From assembly GCA_040384485.1 (NCBI GenBank), contig JAZKJH010000002.1:86235-150234 (forward strand): DNA of 64,000 nt, in the 5' to 3' direction. This stretch comes from Patescibacteria group bacterium. Its GTDB lineage: Bacteria; Patescibacteriota; Minisyncoccia; Phycocordibacterales; DATDWN01. The position numbers were made by a program, and so were the translations under genes. Shown in pieces: positions 46,504 to 56,303 of this stretch (positions are counted from its first letter, which is position 1; each line of letters begins with the position of its first letter). The notes under the pieces were generated by a model. It was given only the letters and a program-made list of their open reading frames with translations, searched no databases and was not told the origin of the DNA.

Positions 46504-47779
46504 AAAATTTAAACTTTTTACAGCTGTTTTTGCCCTAGTTTTCAGTCTGTTTTTTGCTATAAGTATAAATGCCCAAACGGAGGAAGGTGATGAGTTGGTA
46601 AACAAAATACAGGAGCGAGAAAAACAGATTCAGGAGCTTGAAAAAGAAATCCAGCAATATAATAAAGAAGTAGAAAACGCTGCCAAAGAGGCAACGACTT
46701 TGAAAAGTACTATAAAAACCCTAGACCTTACCAAGAAGAAAATAACTACAGATATAAACCTTACAGAAAATAAAATAAACAAGACCAACCTCACTATTCA
46801 GCAAGTAAATCAGCAGATAGAAGAGGCGGTTGAAAATATTGATGTAAACAAAAGAGCAATTATTTCCGCTATTAAAAACTCACAAAACCTACAAAACACG
46901 AGTCTTTTGGAAGTGATGTTTTCAAGCAAGGATTTGGGAGAGCTTTGGACAGAGCTAGATAATACAAAAAAAGTCCGTACCGAAATTCAGATTCATTCAA
47001 ATGAACTAGCAAAGCTAAAGGAAGACTTGGGTGAAAAGCAAACCAGTCTTTCTGGGCAGAAAAAAAGTCTTGTTAACTTGAAAACAGATTTGAGTGGGAA
47101 AAAGCAAGCAGTTGAGTACACCACAAAAGAAAAAGCTACATTGCTAGTACAAACAAAAAACAAGGAAGAAAGTTTTAAAGAACTTGTAAAAACAAAAGAG
47201 CAAGAAAAGGCTTTGTATGAAAAGGAATTGTTTGAATACGAATCACAATTGAACTACAACGTGAGTAAAAGTGGTTATCCTGCTCCGAAACCAGGACTTA
47301 TGGCTTGGCCATTGGATAATGTTTTTGTGACTCAAAGATTTGGAAAAACTTCTGGTTCAAGTCGTTTATATGCTTCTGGTACTCATAACGGAGCCGACTT
47401 TCGTGCGAGTGTCGGAACCAGAGTAAAAAACGTTTTGGATGGAACAGTTGTGGGAACTGGAAACACTGACCAATACAAAGGATGTTATTCTTTCGGTAAA
47501 TGGGTTATGGTTCGTCACGACAACGGTCTTTCTACTATTTATGCTCACTTGTCAGTTATCAGTACTTCTCCGGGACAAAGACTCGATACAGGTGACCTTA
47601 TTGGCTACAGCGGAAACACAGGATACTCTACAGGACCTCACTTGCACATAACTGTGTATGCAACAGAAGGAGTGCGAATAGAGAAGTACACAAGCAGTAA
47701 GGGGTGTAAGGAAGCAACCATTCCTCTAGCAGACATCAAGGCTTATCTAGACCCGTTTGCCTACTTGCCAAAGTTATAA
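46496..47779 (+). CDS. M23 family metallopeptidase with coiled-coil N-terminus (EnvC-like)
   Basis: Signal/TM, long coiled coil, M23 motifs HNGADF and GNTGYSTGPHLH. Confidence 0.8.
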   Translation: MHKKFKLFTAVFALVFSLFFAISINAQTEEGDELVNKIQEREKQIQELEKEIQQYNKEVENAAKEATTLKSTIKTLDLTKKKITTDINLTENKINKTNLTIQQVNQQIEEAVENIDVNKRAIISAIKNSQNLQNTSLLEVMFSSKDLGELWTELDNTKKVRTEIQIHSNELAKLKEDLGEKQTSLSGQKKSLVNLKTDLSGKKQAVEYTTKEKATLLVQTKNKEESFKELVKTKEQEKALYEKELFEYESQLNYNVSKSGYPAPKPGLMAWPLDNVFVTQRFGKTSGSSRLYASGTHNGADFRASVGTRVKNVLDGTVVGTGNTDQYKGCYSFGKWVMVRHDNGLSTIYAHLSVISTSPGQRLDTGDLIGYSGNTGYSTGPHLHITVYATEGVRIEKYTSSKGCKEATIPLADIKAYLDPFAYLPKL

Positions 47780-47803
47780 AATAAAAAGAAATTTCAAGGT
47801 CTT

Positions 47804-48025
47804 TTAAAACATTCTGCGGATCATCCAAGTCTCACAAGCTATGGCAATACCTGTAAGTATTCCAGCAATTAAAAAATCCCAAAACAATTTTTTGCAGTGC
47901 TTTATTGAAGCATCTTTTTTTGTGGTGTCCTTATAAAAAATACTGGTAATACCATAAACAATAGACGACAAGAGTTTAGTCAAAGTAATGATACCCAGAA
48001 TAATAGAAAATATAGGAATTGCCAT
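47804..48025 (-). CDS. small membrane protein (73 aa)
   Basis: Two hydrophobic helices. Weak support. Confidence 0.3.
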   Translation of the reverse strand: MAIPIFSIILGIITLTKLLSSIVYGITSIFYKDTTKKDASIKHCKKLFWDFLIAGILTGIAIACETWMIRRMF

Positions 48026-48153
48026 TTAGATTGTTTTAAGTTTATTAAACCAAAGGATAATAGATTAAATGATACAAATTAAAAAGTATAAAAGCAATTT
48101 TACTTACATCTTTTTGCCTACCTACCTAAAATCTAATTAGTATTATATAATTT

Positions 48154-48179
48154 ATAACATTAAGTATTCGTAATGTTAT
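48154..48179. promoter_or_regulatory. 9-bp inverted repeat in AT-rich upstream region (possible operator)
   Basis: ataacatta-agtattcg-taatgttat sits immediately upstream of the 48173 ORF. Confidence 0.25.
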
Positions 48180-49969
48180 ATTTATTATATTATTTTTCTT
48201 ATTATATGATCGATCTGATCCTTGTGCTCGCGGTTATTGTTTTATTTATTAAGACATCAGGGCTTGGCAGGAGAGCTAATAAACTTCAAAATGAGCTTAT
48301 CTCGCTAAAAGCTCAAGGTCTACAACAAGCAGTTCCAGTACCGTCAGTTGTACAACCTGCAGCACCTGTCATGTATGGTGATAGACTTCAACCCACTGCT
48401 CCTATTTTAGTTCAAAATATTGTTACCCCAGTAAGTGCTCCAGCCCAAGAAAGTGAGTTTATGATGTGGCTCAAAGAAAACCCGCTATTGAAAGTGGGTA
48501 TTTTGATGATACTTGTTGGTTTTGGTTGGTTTGTAAATTACGCATTCTCACACAACTGGATTGGTCCTGTCGGAAGAATTACTCTAGGAGTGTTTGCCGG
48601 AACGGTTGTTACTCTTGTTGGTACGACACGATTAGGTAAGAATGAGACACAAGGAAACGCTCTGACAATTCTTGGAACGGCACTAGTTATTATTACTATT
48701 TTAGCTGGACAATACTTTTTTGATTTCTTCAGTTCATACATGGTACTCGGCATAACATTTATGGTTTCTTTGTATACAAGTCTGACTTCAGTGGCTTACT
48801 CAAGTAAGAGACTGGCAGTGTATGGAATGTTGATGGCCCTTTTAGCACCAGTTCTTGCAGGTACGGTAGATATCGAACCTATCGCGTTGTATGCCTACCT
48901 ACTAGTCGTTTCTATTGCAGGAATTTGGATGTCTATTGTTAGAAACTGGAGAGAAGTTGGTTCTCTAGGTATCACCGGAGTATTTTTGTACAGTTTGGCT
49001 GTCGTGTTTGACGGAGGCCCGTTACAAGGCGACTATGCGGTATTGTTCATGGTCTATATTATTTCTATTTTGTACTTAGTGATAGGAGTATTCAGTCTAA
49101 TACAAAACAAAGTGAAGGCAGAGGCTGGAGATGCTTATCTAACTATAGTAAATACTCTCGTCATACTTGGTTTTACTTTGAACGTGGTTCCAGATGTGTA
49201 CCAGAGTTTAGTTGTAGCATTATGGATGTTAGTCTACGCATTTTCTGGTTTTCTGGTGTTCATTAAAACTAAGAAAGAGCAGTTGTTCTATGTTCATGCA
49301 TTAGTCTCCGTTTTGTTGCTTGCTATAGCGACTTCACTGGAGTTAAAGGGTCAAACTCTGGTTATTGCTTTTGCTATTGAGTCTGCGCTTATTGCTATGG
49401 CTGCATATGTTGTGACTGGCAAAATAGCTATTGCTAGAAGCTTTGCGATACTGACTGCTGTACCTGTTCTCATGACTCTTCCGAGTTTCTCTTCAAATAG
49501 TTGGAATAATAGCATCATCTTTCACTCAGATTTTGCAGTACTGGTTATTGTAGGCGCGGTTCTAGGGGTTCTAGGACTGTTTTATAAACTAAACAGGACT
49601 GGGCAAGCAGGTGATCCATCAAATGTTCATCAAATAATGCTGGTTGGATCAAGTATATATGTCTACGCTCTTATCTGGCTGTGCTCGCATTCAATCATTG
49701 GATTCAACGACACTGCAGTGTTTGTGTCACTATTTATCTACACCATTGTCGGACTGTCTACACATTTTTATGGACTATTTAATCAGCATGATGCGCTGAA
49801 AAAATACGGAATGGTTATCTTGATTCTAGTTGTTGCTCGGCTTGTTTTGGTGGATGTTTGGAATATGGATTTAGTTTTGAGAGTCGTAACCTTTATTGTG
49901 CTCGGAGTTATGTTTATGAGCAGCGCTTTTATTTCCAAGAATCAAAAAGCTAATGTTATACAAAACTAA
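48173..49969 (+). CDS. large polytopic membrane protein (DUF2339-like architecture)
   Basis: 598 aa. N-terminal coiled-coil segment followed by more than 12 TM helices. Start uncertain (48173 or 48206). Confidence 0.55.
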   Translation: MLYLLYYFSYYMIDLILVLAVIVLFIKTSGLGRRANKLQNELISLKAQGLQQAVPVPSVVQPAAPVMYGDRLQPTAPILVQNIVTPVSAPAQESEFMMWLKENPLLKVGILMILVGFGWFVNYAFSHNWIGPVGRITLGVFAGTVVTLVGTTRLGKNETQGNALTILGTALVIITILAGQYFFDFFSSYMVLGITFMVSLYTSLTSVAYSSKRLAVYGMLMALLAPVLAGTVDIEPIALYAYLLVVSIAGIWMSIVRNWREVGSLGITGVFLYSLAVVFDGGPLQGDYAVLFMVYIISILYLVIGVFSLIQNKVKAEAGDAYLTIVNTLVILGFTLNVVPDVYQSLVVALWMLVYAFSGFLVFIKTKKEQLFYVHALVSVLLLAIATSLELKGQTLVIAFAIESALIAMAAYVVTGKIAIARSFAILTAVPVLMTLPSFSSNSWNNSIIFHSDFAVLVIVGAVLGVLGLFYKLNRTGQAGDPSNVHQIMLVGSSIYVYALIWLCSHSIIGFNDTAVFVSLFIYTIVGLSTHFYGLFNQHDALKKYGMVILILVVARLVLVDVWNMDLVLRVVTFIVLGVMFMSSAFISKNQKANVIQN

Positions 49970-49970
49970 T

Positions 49971-51182
49971 ATGAAAAAATATTTATTTGCATTTGTTATT
50001 TTGCTAGGAATGAGTAGTGTGGTATCGGCCCAGGACTGGACTCCGACCAACACCATAGATAGGGAAACTCTGAATAGTCAACTTTTTAGTTCATATAAAA
50101 GTGTAGGTAAAGTTCCTGTAATAAACATAACGGTTCCAACAATAGTTGAAGTAGATTTTAACGATGTGGACCTATACAGCAACTATTTTGGAGTATATAA
50201 CGAGACAACAAAAAGTTTTGTTCCAAGTAGATTAATGAACACAGATAACTCCAGAACGGCTGTTAGGAGTGCGCTAGATACCAGAACAAACGCAAACTTG
50301 TCTCCGCTTTTTGATAACAACCTTTCCACAATGTCTGACTTTTATCTGAACGGGGATGCAGGAATTGCCGAGATAATAATTACCTTTGATAAACCTATTA
50401 CCTCTGATTCACTTACATTGTCTTTGGCAAACAACGTTGCACTTCCTAGTTATGTAACCATAAAAATAAACAAAAACGGCGGTGAAGTAACTGTGATAAA
50501 TAAAATTGTACCGACTTCAAGGGTTGTAACTTTTCCAACCAATACAGCAACTACCTGGATAATAGAGCTAAACTACGCTCAGCCGTTACGTATTTCAGAG
50601 ATTAGTTTAAATGATTATAACAACCAGGCTACAAAAAACAGTCTTCGGTTTTTGGCACTTCCAAACAATACTTACAGTATATATGGAAACCCAGAGTACT
50701 ATGTTTCCAATTACGCGGATTCTCTTGAGGCTCCAAACTATAATGCAAGAGATATTAAAAAGGTTGGAACAGTGCAGTTTTCAACAAACCCTAGCTTTGT
50801 TTTGTCAGACATAGATATGGATAAAATTCCAGATATAAATGACAACTGTGTCCACGAGTACAATGCAGATCAAGAGGATAAAAACAGTAATGATAGGGGA
50901 GATGCGTGTGACGACTTTGATGCTGACGGTCGCATGAACATACGAGACAACTGTCCCAACGAACCCAACAGTGACCAGAGAGATACTGACGGCGATGGAG
51001 TAGGGGACGCTTGTGATTCAGCTGAAAGTCGCCCAACTGAGAAGTACCCTATTATTGTTTGGATTGGAATAGGTTTTGCAGCATTGGTGTTTGTAGGACT
51101 GCTGTTTGTTGTTGGGAACAGAGTTAGAAAGAACAATGAGGATAATAACACTCCTCCAGCACCAACAAATCCTGTACAATAA
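49971..51182 (+). CDS. secreted, C-terminally membrane-anchored protein with thrombospondin type-3 (Ca-binding) repeats
   Basis: Signal peptide MKKYLFAFVILLGMSSVVSAQD. Repeated DxDxDGxxDxxDNC acidic motifs (…NDNCVHEYNADQEDKNSNDRGDACDDFDADG…DNCPNEPNSDQRDTDGDGVGDACD). C-terminal TM followed by a basic tail. Confidence 0.6.
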   Translation: MKKYLFAFVILLGMSSVVSAQDWTPTNTIDRETLNSQLFSSYKSVGKVPVINITVPTIVEVDFNDVDLYSNYFGVYNETTKSFVPSRLMNTDNSRTAVRSALDTRTNANLSPLFDNNLSTMSDFYLNGDAGIAEIIITFDKPITSDSLTLSLANNVALPSYVTIKINKNGGEVTVINKIVPTSRVVTFPTNTATTWIIELNYAQPLRISEISLNDYNNQATKNSLRFLALPNNTYSIYGNPEYYVSNYADSLEAPNYNARDIKKVGTVQFSTNPSFVLSDIDMDKIPDINDNCVHEYNADQEDKNSNDRGDACDDFDADGRMNIRDNCPNEPNSDQRDTDGDGVGDACDSAESRPTEKYPIIVWIGIGFAALVFVGLLFVVGNRVRKNNEDNNTPPAPTNPVQ

Positions 51183-51237
51183 TTTAATAAAAAATATTAT
51201 GAATACAAAAAATAAAAATAACGAGGGGGGATTTATT

Positions 51238-51411
51238 ATGAAAATAGTTCTGCTTATTGCCGCCATAATCGCGTTAAAAGTTTTTCTAGATTTTGACCTT
51301 ATTGCTTGGCTTCAGTCAGAAGCTGTTATGCAATACGTACGACCTGTTATTGATTGGCTGAAAGAAGCATACTATTGGTTGGATGAATTTGTGAGAAACC
51401 TTGTAAGCTAA
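51238..51411 (+). CDS. small membrane protein (57 aa)
   Basis: SD GAGGGGGG 8 nt before the ATG. MKIVLLIAAIIALKVFL. The TAATG overlap with the next gene suggests translational coupling. Confidence 0.4.
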   Translation: MKIVLLIAAIIALKVFLDFDLIAWLQSEAVMQYVRPVIDWLKEAYYWLDEFVRNLVS

Positions 51412-51809
51412 TGTCGTATTACAATCTACTTGCCGATGCAGTAATGGTCATTCACTGGACCTTTATTGTGTCAGTGTTTTTAGGGATACTACTAAGTATC
51501 AAATACAAAAAATTCAGACCAATAGAGTCTTTGGTGTTACTTTCTGCCGTCATCATTTGGTCGTTGTATGGAGGCTGCCCACTAACCAATCTAGAATCTT
51601 ACCTAAGAGATTTGTCATCAAATCCATTACCAATAAACGAGATTGGTTTTATACCTTATTATTTGTCTACTTGGTTTAATATTTCTCTAACTAACTTTCA
51701 AGTCGAAATACTCACATATGGGATTTGTTTGTTGTTTGTAATAATTTCATTTGAGTGGATTGGTAAATATTTGCATAAGCCGTTGCGAGTTAAAATAAAA
51801 CGAAATTAG
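51411..51809 (+). CDS. hypothetical four-TM membrane protein
   Basis: 132 aa, four hydrophobic helices. Confidence 0.5.
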   Translation: MSYYNLLADAVMVIHWTFIVSVFLGILLSIKYKKFRPIESLVLLSAVIIWSLYGGCPLTNLESYLRDLSSNPLPINEIGFIPYYLSTWFNISLTNFQVEILTYGICLLFVIISFEWIGKYLHKPLRVKIKRN

Positions 51810-51899
51810 TTTAACCTAGTAGTCGAGTAGAAAATTTTTTACTGATCCTTTGACAAATATTAAAACTGTGTTAATGTTTGGATAGGAAATTAGGAGGGA

Positions 51900-52193
51900 G
51901 TGCAGATGCCAACACAGGACATCAGGAGATTCAAAAACCGTTTGGAGTATTGGGAGTACCGAGGTCCATTTTCTATCGTGCTGTCAGAAAGCGGAATGAG
52001 AACCCTGCTACCATTGATTGGTGAGACGAATGGCAACATTCTTCAAATCAAAAGTGGATTTATCAAGCAGGCTGGATATGATGCGGTGGACCTCAGAGCC
52101 GACACAGGTTTCAGCTATTACGGTTCTCGCTCGATCCTGGCAGTTCGTGATGCGAAGAATAACCTGCTTTGGGTTAACCGTAGTTTGCTCTAG
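51900..52193 (+). CDS. hypothetical protein (97 aa, GC-rich)
   Basis: SD AGGAGGGAG. GC-rich codons. Own terminator. Confidence 0.45.
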   Translation: MQMPTQDIRRFKNRLEYWEYRGPFSIVLSESGMRTLLPLIGETNGNILQIKSGFIKQAGYDAVDLRADTGFSYYGSRSILAVRDAKNNLLWVNRSLL

Positions 52194-52211
52194 TATTTTT
52201 AACACAAAACG

Positions 52212-52246
52212 CTCGACTGAAGTCTCTGGCTCAGTCGAGTTTTTTT
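52212..52246 (+). terminator. intrinsic terminator
   Basis: ctcgactga-agtctctggc-tcagtcgag followed by T7. Confidence 0.7.
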
Positions 52247-52287
52247 AATAAAAAAACCACAAAATTTCTGTGGTTTGCATAACTAAA

Positions 52288-52464
52288 TTAAATATAGATG
52301 AGTGCGACTAAGCTAAAAATGAAAACGATTCCCATAATAAACATCTTTCCAAAAAAAGATGCAACATTAGTATCCATGACACCATTCTTCCAGAAGTAGT
52401 AAACTCCTGCCCCAAAAACAGTCCCACTTAAGACCAGAGCCAGCCATAATAGAATCGACATCAT
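52288..52464 (-). CDS. unlisted small two-TM membrane protein (about 59 aa)
   Basis: Minus-strand ATGATG with GGAGG 5 nt upstream. MMSILLWLALVLSGTVFGAGVYYFWKNG…IMGIVFIFSLVALIYI. Absent from the ORF track because it is under 60 aa. Confidence 0.35.
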   Translation of the reverse strand: MMSILLWLALVLSGTVFGAGVYYFWKNGVMDTNVASFFGKMFIMGIVFIFSLVALIYI

Positions 52465-52564
52465 CTAACCTCCAAAATGGATACTATCATAAGTCTTGCA
52501 TCAAGTCATTAGGTTATATAGACATATACCTAGGGTATGGTAATGTGTGTGAGGAGAAAATCAC

Positions 52565-52777
52565 ATGTACAACGTTGTTTTTGAAATTATCAAAGCCGGC
52601 AGTCGTTCATATGGAAAGAGAACATGGAGGACCTTTAAAAATAAGAAAGCCTTCAACGAATGGTACGACTCTGAACAAAGATCATTTTACAGAGTACTCC
52701 AGGCTGGCGTTGCTAGCCAAAAGCAAGCGCGCATTCAGTGCGATGAGCGTGATTCAAATCCATGGGAGATTGGATAG
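52565..52777 (+). CDS. hypothetical small protein (70 aa)
   Basis: SD GAGGAGAAAA 6 nt before the ATG. No recognisable domain. Confidence 0.4.
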   Translation: MYNVVFEIIKAGSRSYGKRTWRTFKNKKAFNEWYDSEQRSFYRVLQAGVASQKQARIQCDERDSNPWEIG

Positions 52778-53172
52778 CTAAACCCAGGCAAATTCATTGA
52801 ATCAAATTCACCCTTATTATCAAAAGTCACCCAATTTAGAACTGGATGGCTTTTTTATTATATGAAATTATATATATATCCTAAACTAGGGCAGGGGACT
52901 TCCCTGTCGAAAAGGGATTTTTTGAAGGAGGTGTTTTTGCACATATTAATTGTAGTAGCGTAGAAAGAGAGCTAGTAGTGGTTAGGTAGGTGCTATCTAG
53001 GTACCCATAAAACAATGTAGGGAAGTTAATTGATTTGTATTAATAGTTGATTTCGTAAATTAAAATTGAAAAACAATACTTTCACTTTACCCCTTAGGTA
53101 TACCTACCAAAAGATATATTGTGCAACGTTCCTATACCACTTCCCTCTAGGCAAATAGCTAACCAGAAAGAA

Positions 53173-54408
53173 TTAAAGAAATAATAAGTTGCGATCTAAA
53201 TCATCCGCTTCTGTTCCCTGTTGGGGACGGTTGAGAGCTTCATGAGTTGAACCGAGATAAACTACTCTCTTTCCAAACTTGTTTTCTAAAAAATCGATTT
53301 GTTTGTGAACGGCCTCAAGTTTGGTTTCTTTGGCCAAACCACCAAATAGGTCTTTCTGGATTACCTCATCTGACACTAGTTCATATAAAGTGACTCCAGC
53401 AGTCCTATATAAGGTACCTTTGGTCCAGACTTTGGCGAAATGAAGCTTCACTAATGCGACTATTGGTTCTGGCGAGTTTGTTGGAAAAGGTAAATCGATT
53501 GCAAAAGAATAATATCTGAAGTCCTGACTTTTTATAAAAAAAGAAAACTTTTTTGCAATTAAATTATAATGTCGAGCTTTTCTACACGCGTCTTCAATAT
53601 GTTTTGAAAGTTGTGAAAGCAAAAACTTTTTGTCATTTGTTTTGGGATGAAAAGTTCTAGTTTTTTGAACTGATGAATACTCGGACTTGGTCTCGGGGTT
53701 TATTTTGTGAACCGAGGTGCCACGAAGTTCCAACCACAGAGCCTCATAAGGACTCGATAAGTTCTCTCTCACCCATTCGATATTTTTTTCTACAAACTGT
53801 AGGGCAGTGTCTATTCCCTTTTGTCTTAAAAATTCCGAAGTCTGTCTACCGATACCCCAGATTTTCCCGACAGAAGTTTCTTTCAAAAAATCGTTAGTAG
53901 TTTCTTTGGTTATAATGGTAAAACCGTTTGGCTTTTGCCATTTGGAGGCTACTTTGGCCAGTACTTTGGTCGGAGCCAGACCTGCAGAGATAGATAAACC
54001 CAGTTCTTCTGTTATTTCACGTTTTATCCGCTCACCTATCTCCTTGTAGGACATGTATAACGGCTTATCAAGTCCTGTAAGCTCTGCGAAGCATTCATCT
54101 ATACTGTATTCTTCAACATCATCAGCATATCGTCGTACGATATCAAACATTTTGGTGGAAAGTTTTGCATACAAACTGTAATCTCCTGGCAAAATAATAA
54201 CTTGGGGAAAATCTTTTTTTAATTTGAATATCGGATATCCACGATAAACTCCCAAAGCTTTTGCTTCATAAGAAAGTGCGGAAACTATTCCTCGTTCTTG
54301 TCCTGTAACAACCGGAAGTCCTTTTAGTTCAGGGTTTCTAGATACTTCACAGGCGACAAAGAAAGCATCTCCGTCCATATGCAAAATAACTTTTTCCCGT
54401 TTACTCAT
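53173..54408 (-). CDS. dinB: Y-family DNA polymerase (DinB/UmuC-like)
   Basis: N-terminal ILHMDGDAFFVACE (catalytic Asp/Glu), …SIDECF…, little-finger C-terminal domain. Start chosen at MSKREKV. Confidence 0.85.
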   Translation of the reverse strand: MSKREKVILHMDGDAFFVACEVSRNPELKGLPVVTGQERGIVSALSYEAKALGVYRGYPIFKLKKDFPQVIILPGDYSLYAKLSTKMFDIVRRYADDVEEYSIDECFAELTGLDKPLYMSYKEIGERIKREITEELGLSISAGLAPTKVLAKVASKWQKPNGFTIITKETTNDFLKETSVGKIWGIGRQTSEFLRQKGIDTALQFVEKNIEWVRENLSSPYEALWLELRGTSVHKINPETKSEYSSVQKTRTFHPKTNDKKFLLSQLSKHIEDACRKARHYNLIAKKFSFFIKSQDFRYYSFAIDLPFPTNSPEPIVALVKLHFAKVWTKGTLYRTAGVTLYELVSDEVIQKDLFGGLAKETKLEAVHKQIDFLENKFGKRVVYLGSTHEALNRPQQGTEADDLDRNLLFL

Positions 54409-54481
54409 TACCCTATTATACAGTGAACCAGGGTTCACTAGTCAAGGTAGTTTGCATTTTGTCAGATATTTAGTAGTCTAA

Positions 54482-54856
54482 TTGCAGGATCGCTATTTTC
54501 AATTTTGGGGTGTTATTGTGCCGATACAAAAATTTAAAAATGTGGCTGCTGAATTTTGGTTGGAACTAATTGAATGTTCCAACGTTCTTGGAAAACGAAT
54601 GTCGGAAGTGCGTTCATATCCATCAAACGTTGCAGCTGCAGTTAAAATTGCCGAGAAGCTAGACCTGGGTGCTCGTCTAACTGCCAAAGAATACAAAAAA
54701 TTCTTGGAGGAAAAAGGTCAGTGTACAAAAGGTTATTTCATTGCAAGGAAAATGCTCGTTTTTCCAAACGGTAGGGGCCGAAGAGAAGGTCGCAGTTACA
54801 GACTTGAGTTGAATTGGCCAGATGGTCAACGACCAAAGTTAAAGAAGCGAAGCTAG
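54482..54856 (+). CDS. hypothetical protein (124 aa), divergent from the Y-family polymerase gene
   Basis: ORF with a basic C-terminal tail. Followed by a terminator. Confidence 0.4.
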   Translation: MQDRYFQFWGVIVPIQKFKNVAAEFWLELIECSNVLGKRMSEVRSYPSNVAAAVKIAEKLDLGARLTAKEYKKFLEEKGQCTKGYFIARKMLVFPNGRGRREGRSYRLELNWPDGQRPKLKKRS

Positions 54857-54894
54857 TTGCTCGACCCAAGTAGGACTTACTCGTGGCAACAAAT

Positions 54895-54920
54895 CCCCTC
54901 AGAAATGAGGGGTTTTTTTA
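54895..54920 (+). terminator. intrinsic terminator
   Basis: cccctc-agaaat-gagggg followed by T8. Confidence 0.7.
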
Positions 54921-54989
54921 TTTACCACTTCCCCTTCTAACTATTTACAAATATAATCTATATGGTATTATAATAAATGGAGGTTTTGA

Positions 54990-55289
54990 ATGGGACTTAT
55001 CGGTCTGCAGAGAGTACTGATTACCCTTGTTGTCGACCCAGACGTAGCCAATGGTCGCATGGTACTGACGAGCCGACAGGAAACACCGGCGCCCGACGTG
55101 GCAGCGATGTTGCGGGATATTGCGAAACATAATCCCCCCACCCAGTCAGATTTAAGTTTCAGCACAGCACTCGCTTTGGCATCCGGAAGGAAGTCCCGGC
55201 GCGGTGAGCTCAAGGCAACGAATGCCCGAGTCTACATAAACAAATCTGTCTCGTTCGGTCGCAGGACCGGTATTCGGAAAAAGGGATAA
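54990..55289 (+). CDS. hypothetical protein (99 aa, GC-rich)
   Basis: SD GGAGG 7 nt before the ATG. GC-rich codons. Own terminator. Preferred over the overlapping minus-strand ORF 54968-55213. Confidence 0.45.
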   Translation: MGLIGLQRVLITLVVDPDVANGRMVLTSRQETPAPDVAAMLRDIAKHNPPTQSDLSFSTALALASGRKSRRGELKATNARVYINKSVSFGRRTGIRKKG

Positions 55290-55303
55290 ACTCTCCCCTA
55301 CTG

Positions 55304-55334
55304 CACTCAAGCACAACCTGCTTGAGTGTTTTTT
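55304..55334 (+). terminator. intrinsic terminator
   Basis: cactcaagc-acaacct-gcttgagtg followed by T6. Confidence 0.7.
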
Positions 55335-55369
55335 ATTTAAATTTTAGATATAGAAATACCCTGCACTTA

Positions 55370-55567
55370 TTAGGTGCAGGGTTTTGAGGCCGAAGCCCGT
55401 TCCTCCTCAAGACGTTTTCTTTCGGCTATTCGTTCGTGCATCGCCTTGCTCGCCGCTTCCCACTCTCGAACAATTTTGCGGTTTGTGGGTGAAAGGAACA
55501 GGATCCACACCAATGCCCCGATTCCCACCACATAACCCGCGCCAATGGCCATTGCAAGCCAAACCAT
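55370..55567 (-). CDS. small membrane protein (about 66 aa, GC-rich)
   Basis: Start at MVWLAMAIGAGYVVGIGALVWILFL with SD AAGGGAGA. Charged C-terminal tail. A hairpin ccctgcac/gtgcaggg sits at the 3' end. Confidence 0.45.
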   Translation of the reverse strand: MVWLAMAIGAGYVVGIGALVWILFLSPTNRKIVREWEAASKAMHERIAERKRLEEERASASKPCT

Positions 55568-55708
55568 AGAAGTCTCCCTTGATTCTGAAGGTTTAAGATT
55601 TAACCTATTTAATAATAACATTTTATATTTAAAAGTCAAGCATAATGTTCTTTATTGGTCATTTATATATAAAACAAAAGCCCCTTAAAGGGGCCTTTGT
55701 TTTTAGTT

Positions 55709-56161
55709 TTACTTGTTTATAGCTAGATCTTTGTTCTCATACTTACCCCAACAAGGCTTAGATGAGTTCCAAGGTCTTGTACCTTCTCTCTCATATAGGT
55801 CTCGGGCATAAGCTGTGTTCCCTTCAATAGTATAGATGTCGTAATCCTTTTTCTTGGAAGTATCTAGGTGGTAATACTCGTTGATTTGCATAACTCCAAC
55901 GTCTTTGTTGTTTACCTTACCTCTATGAACTTCTCCATCCTTACCTAGGTGTCTAAATGTTGATTCACATCTAGCGATCTGGATCATGATAGGCACGTCT
56001 GCGAAATAGTCTTTAACGTATTCCTCAGTACTCATCATTCTCTCAACCTCTTTTTTATTACTTGATGCCATCTCTCGTATTACTGTCTGTTCCAGTTTTG
56101 GAACTTCGGTAACTACGACTGGACTTTCGATACCTGCAAAGGCAGATATGGCCATAAACAA
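55709..56161 (-). CDS. SLT-domain lytic transglycosylase
   Basis: …IARCESTFRHLGKDG…GVMQIN… contains the catalytic Glu-Ser (ES) and G-x-MQ motifs of the Slt family. Confidence 0.65.
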   Translation of the reverse strand: MFMAISAFAGIESPVVVTEVPKLEQTVIREMASSNKKEVERMMSTEEYVKDYFADVPIMIQIARCESTFRHLGKDGEVHRGKVNNKDVGVMQINEYYHLDTSKKKDYDIYTIEGNTAYARDLYEREGTRPWNSSKPCWGKYENKDLAINK

Positions 56162-56303
56162 ACTAACTGCTGTAAAATTTAAAATAAGCTTTTGATTATA
56201 TGTTAATTCTGTAGGAATTCGGTATTTTGTCTTTCCTTTTAAAACAGACTGATTTACTCTGTCGGCTTTAAATGGAAAAACTCAGACTTGCTGAGTTAGG
56301 TAT

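Noticed and set aside
54968-55213. Minus-strand 81-aa ORF overlapping 54990-55289
   Set aside because: The plus-strand ORF has a GGAGG SD and a downstream terminator. The minus ORF has neither.
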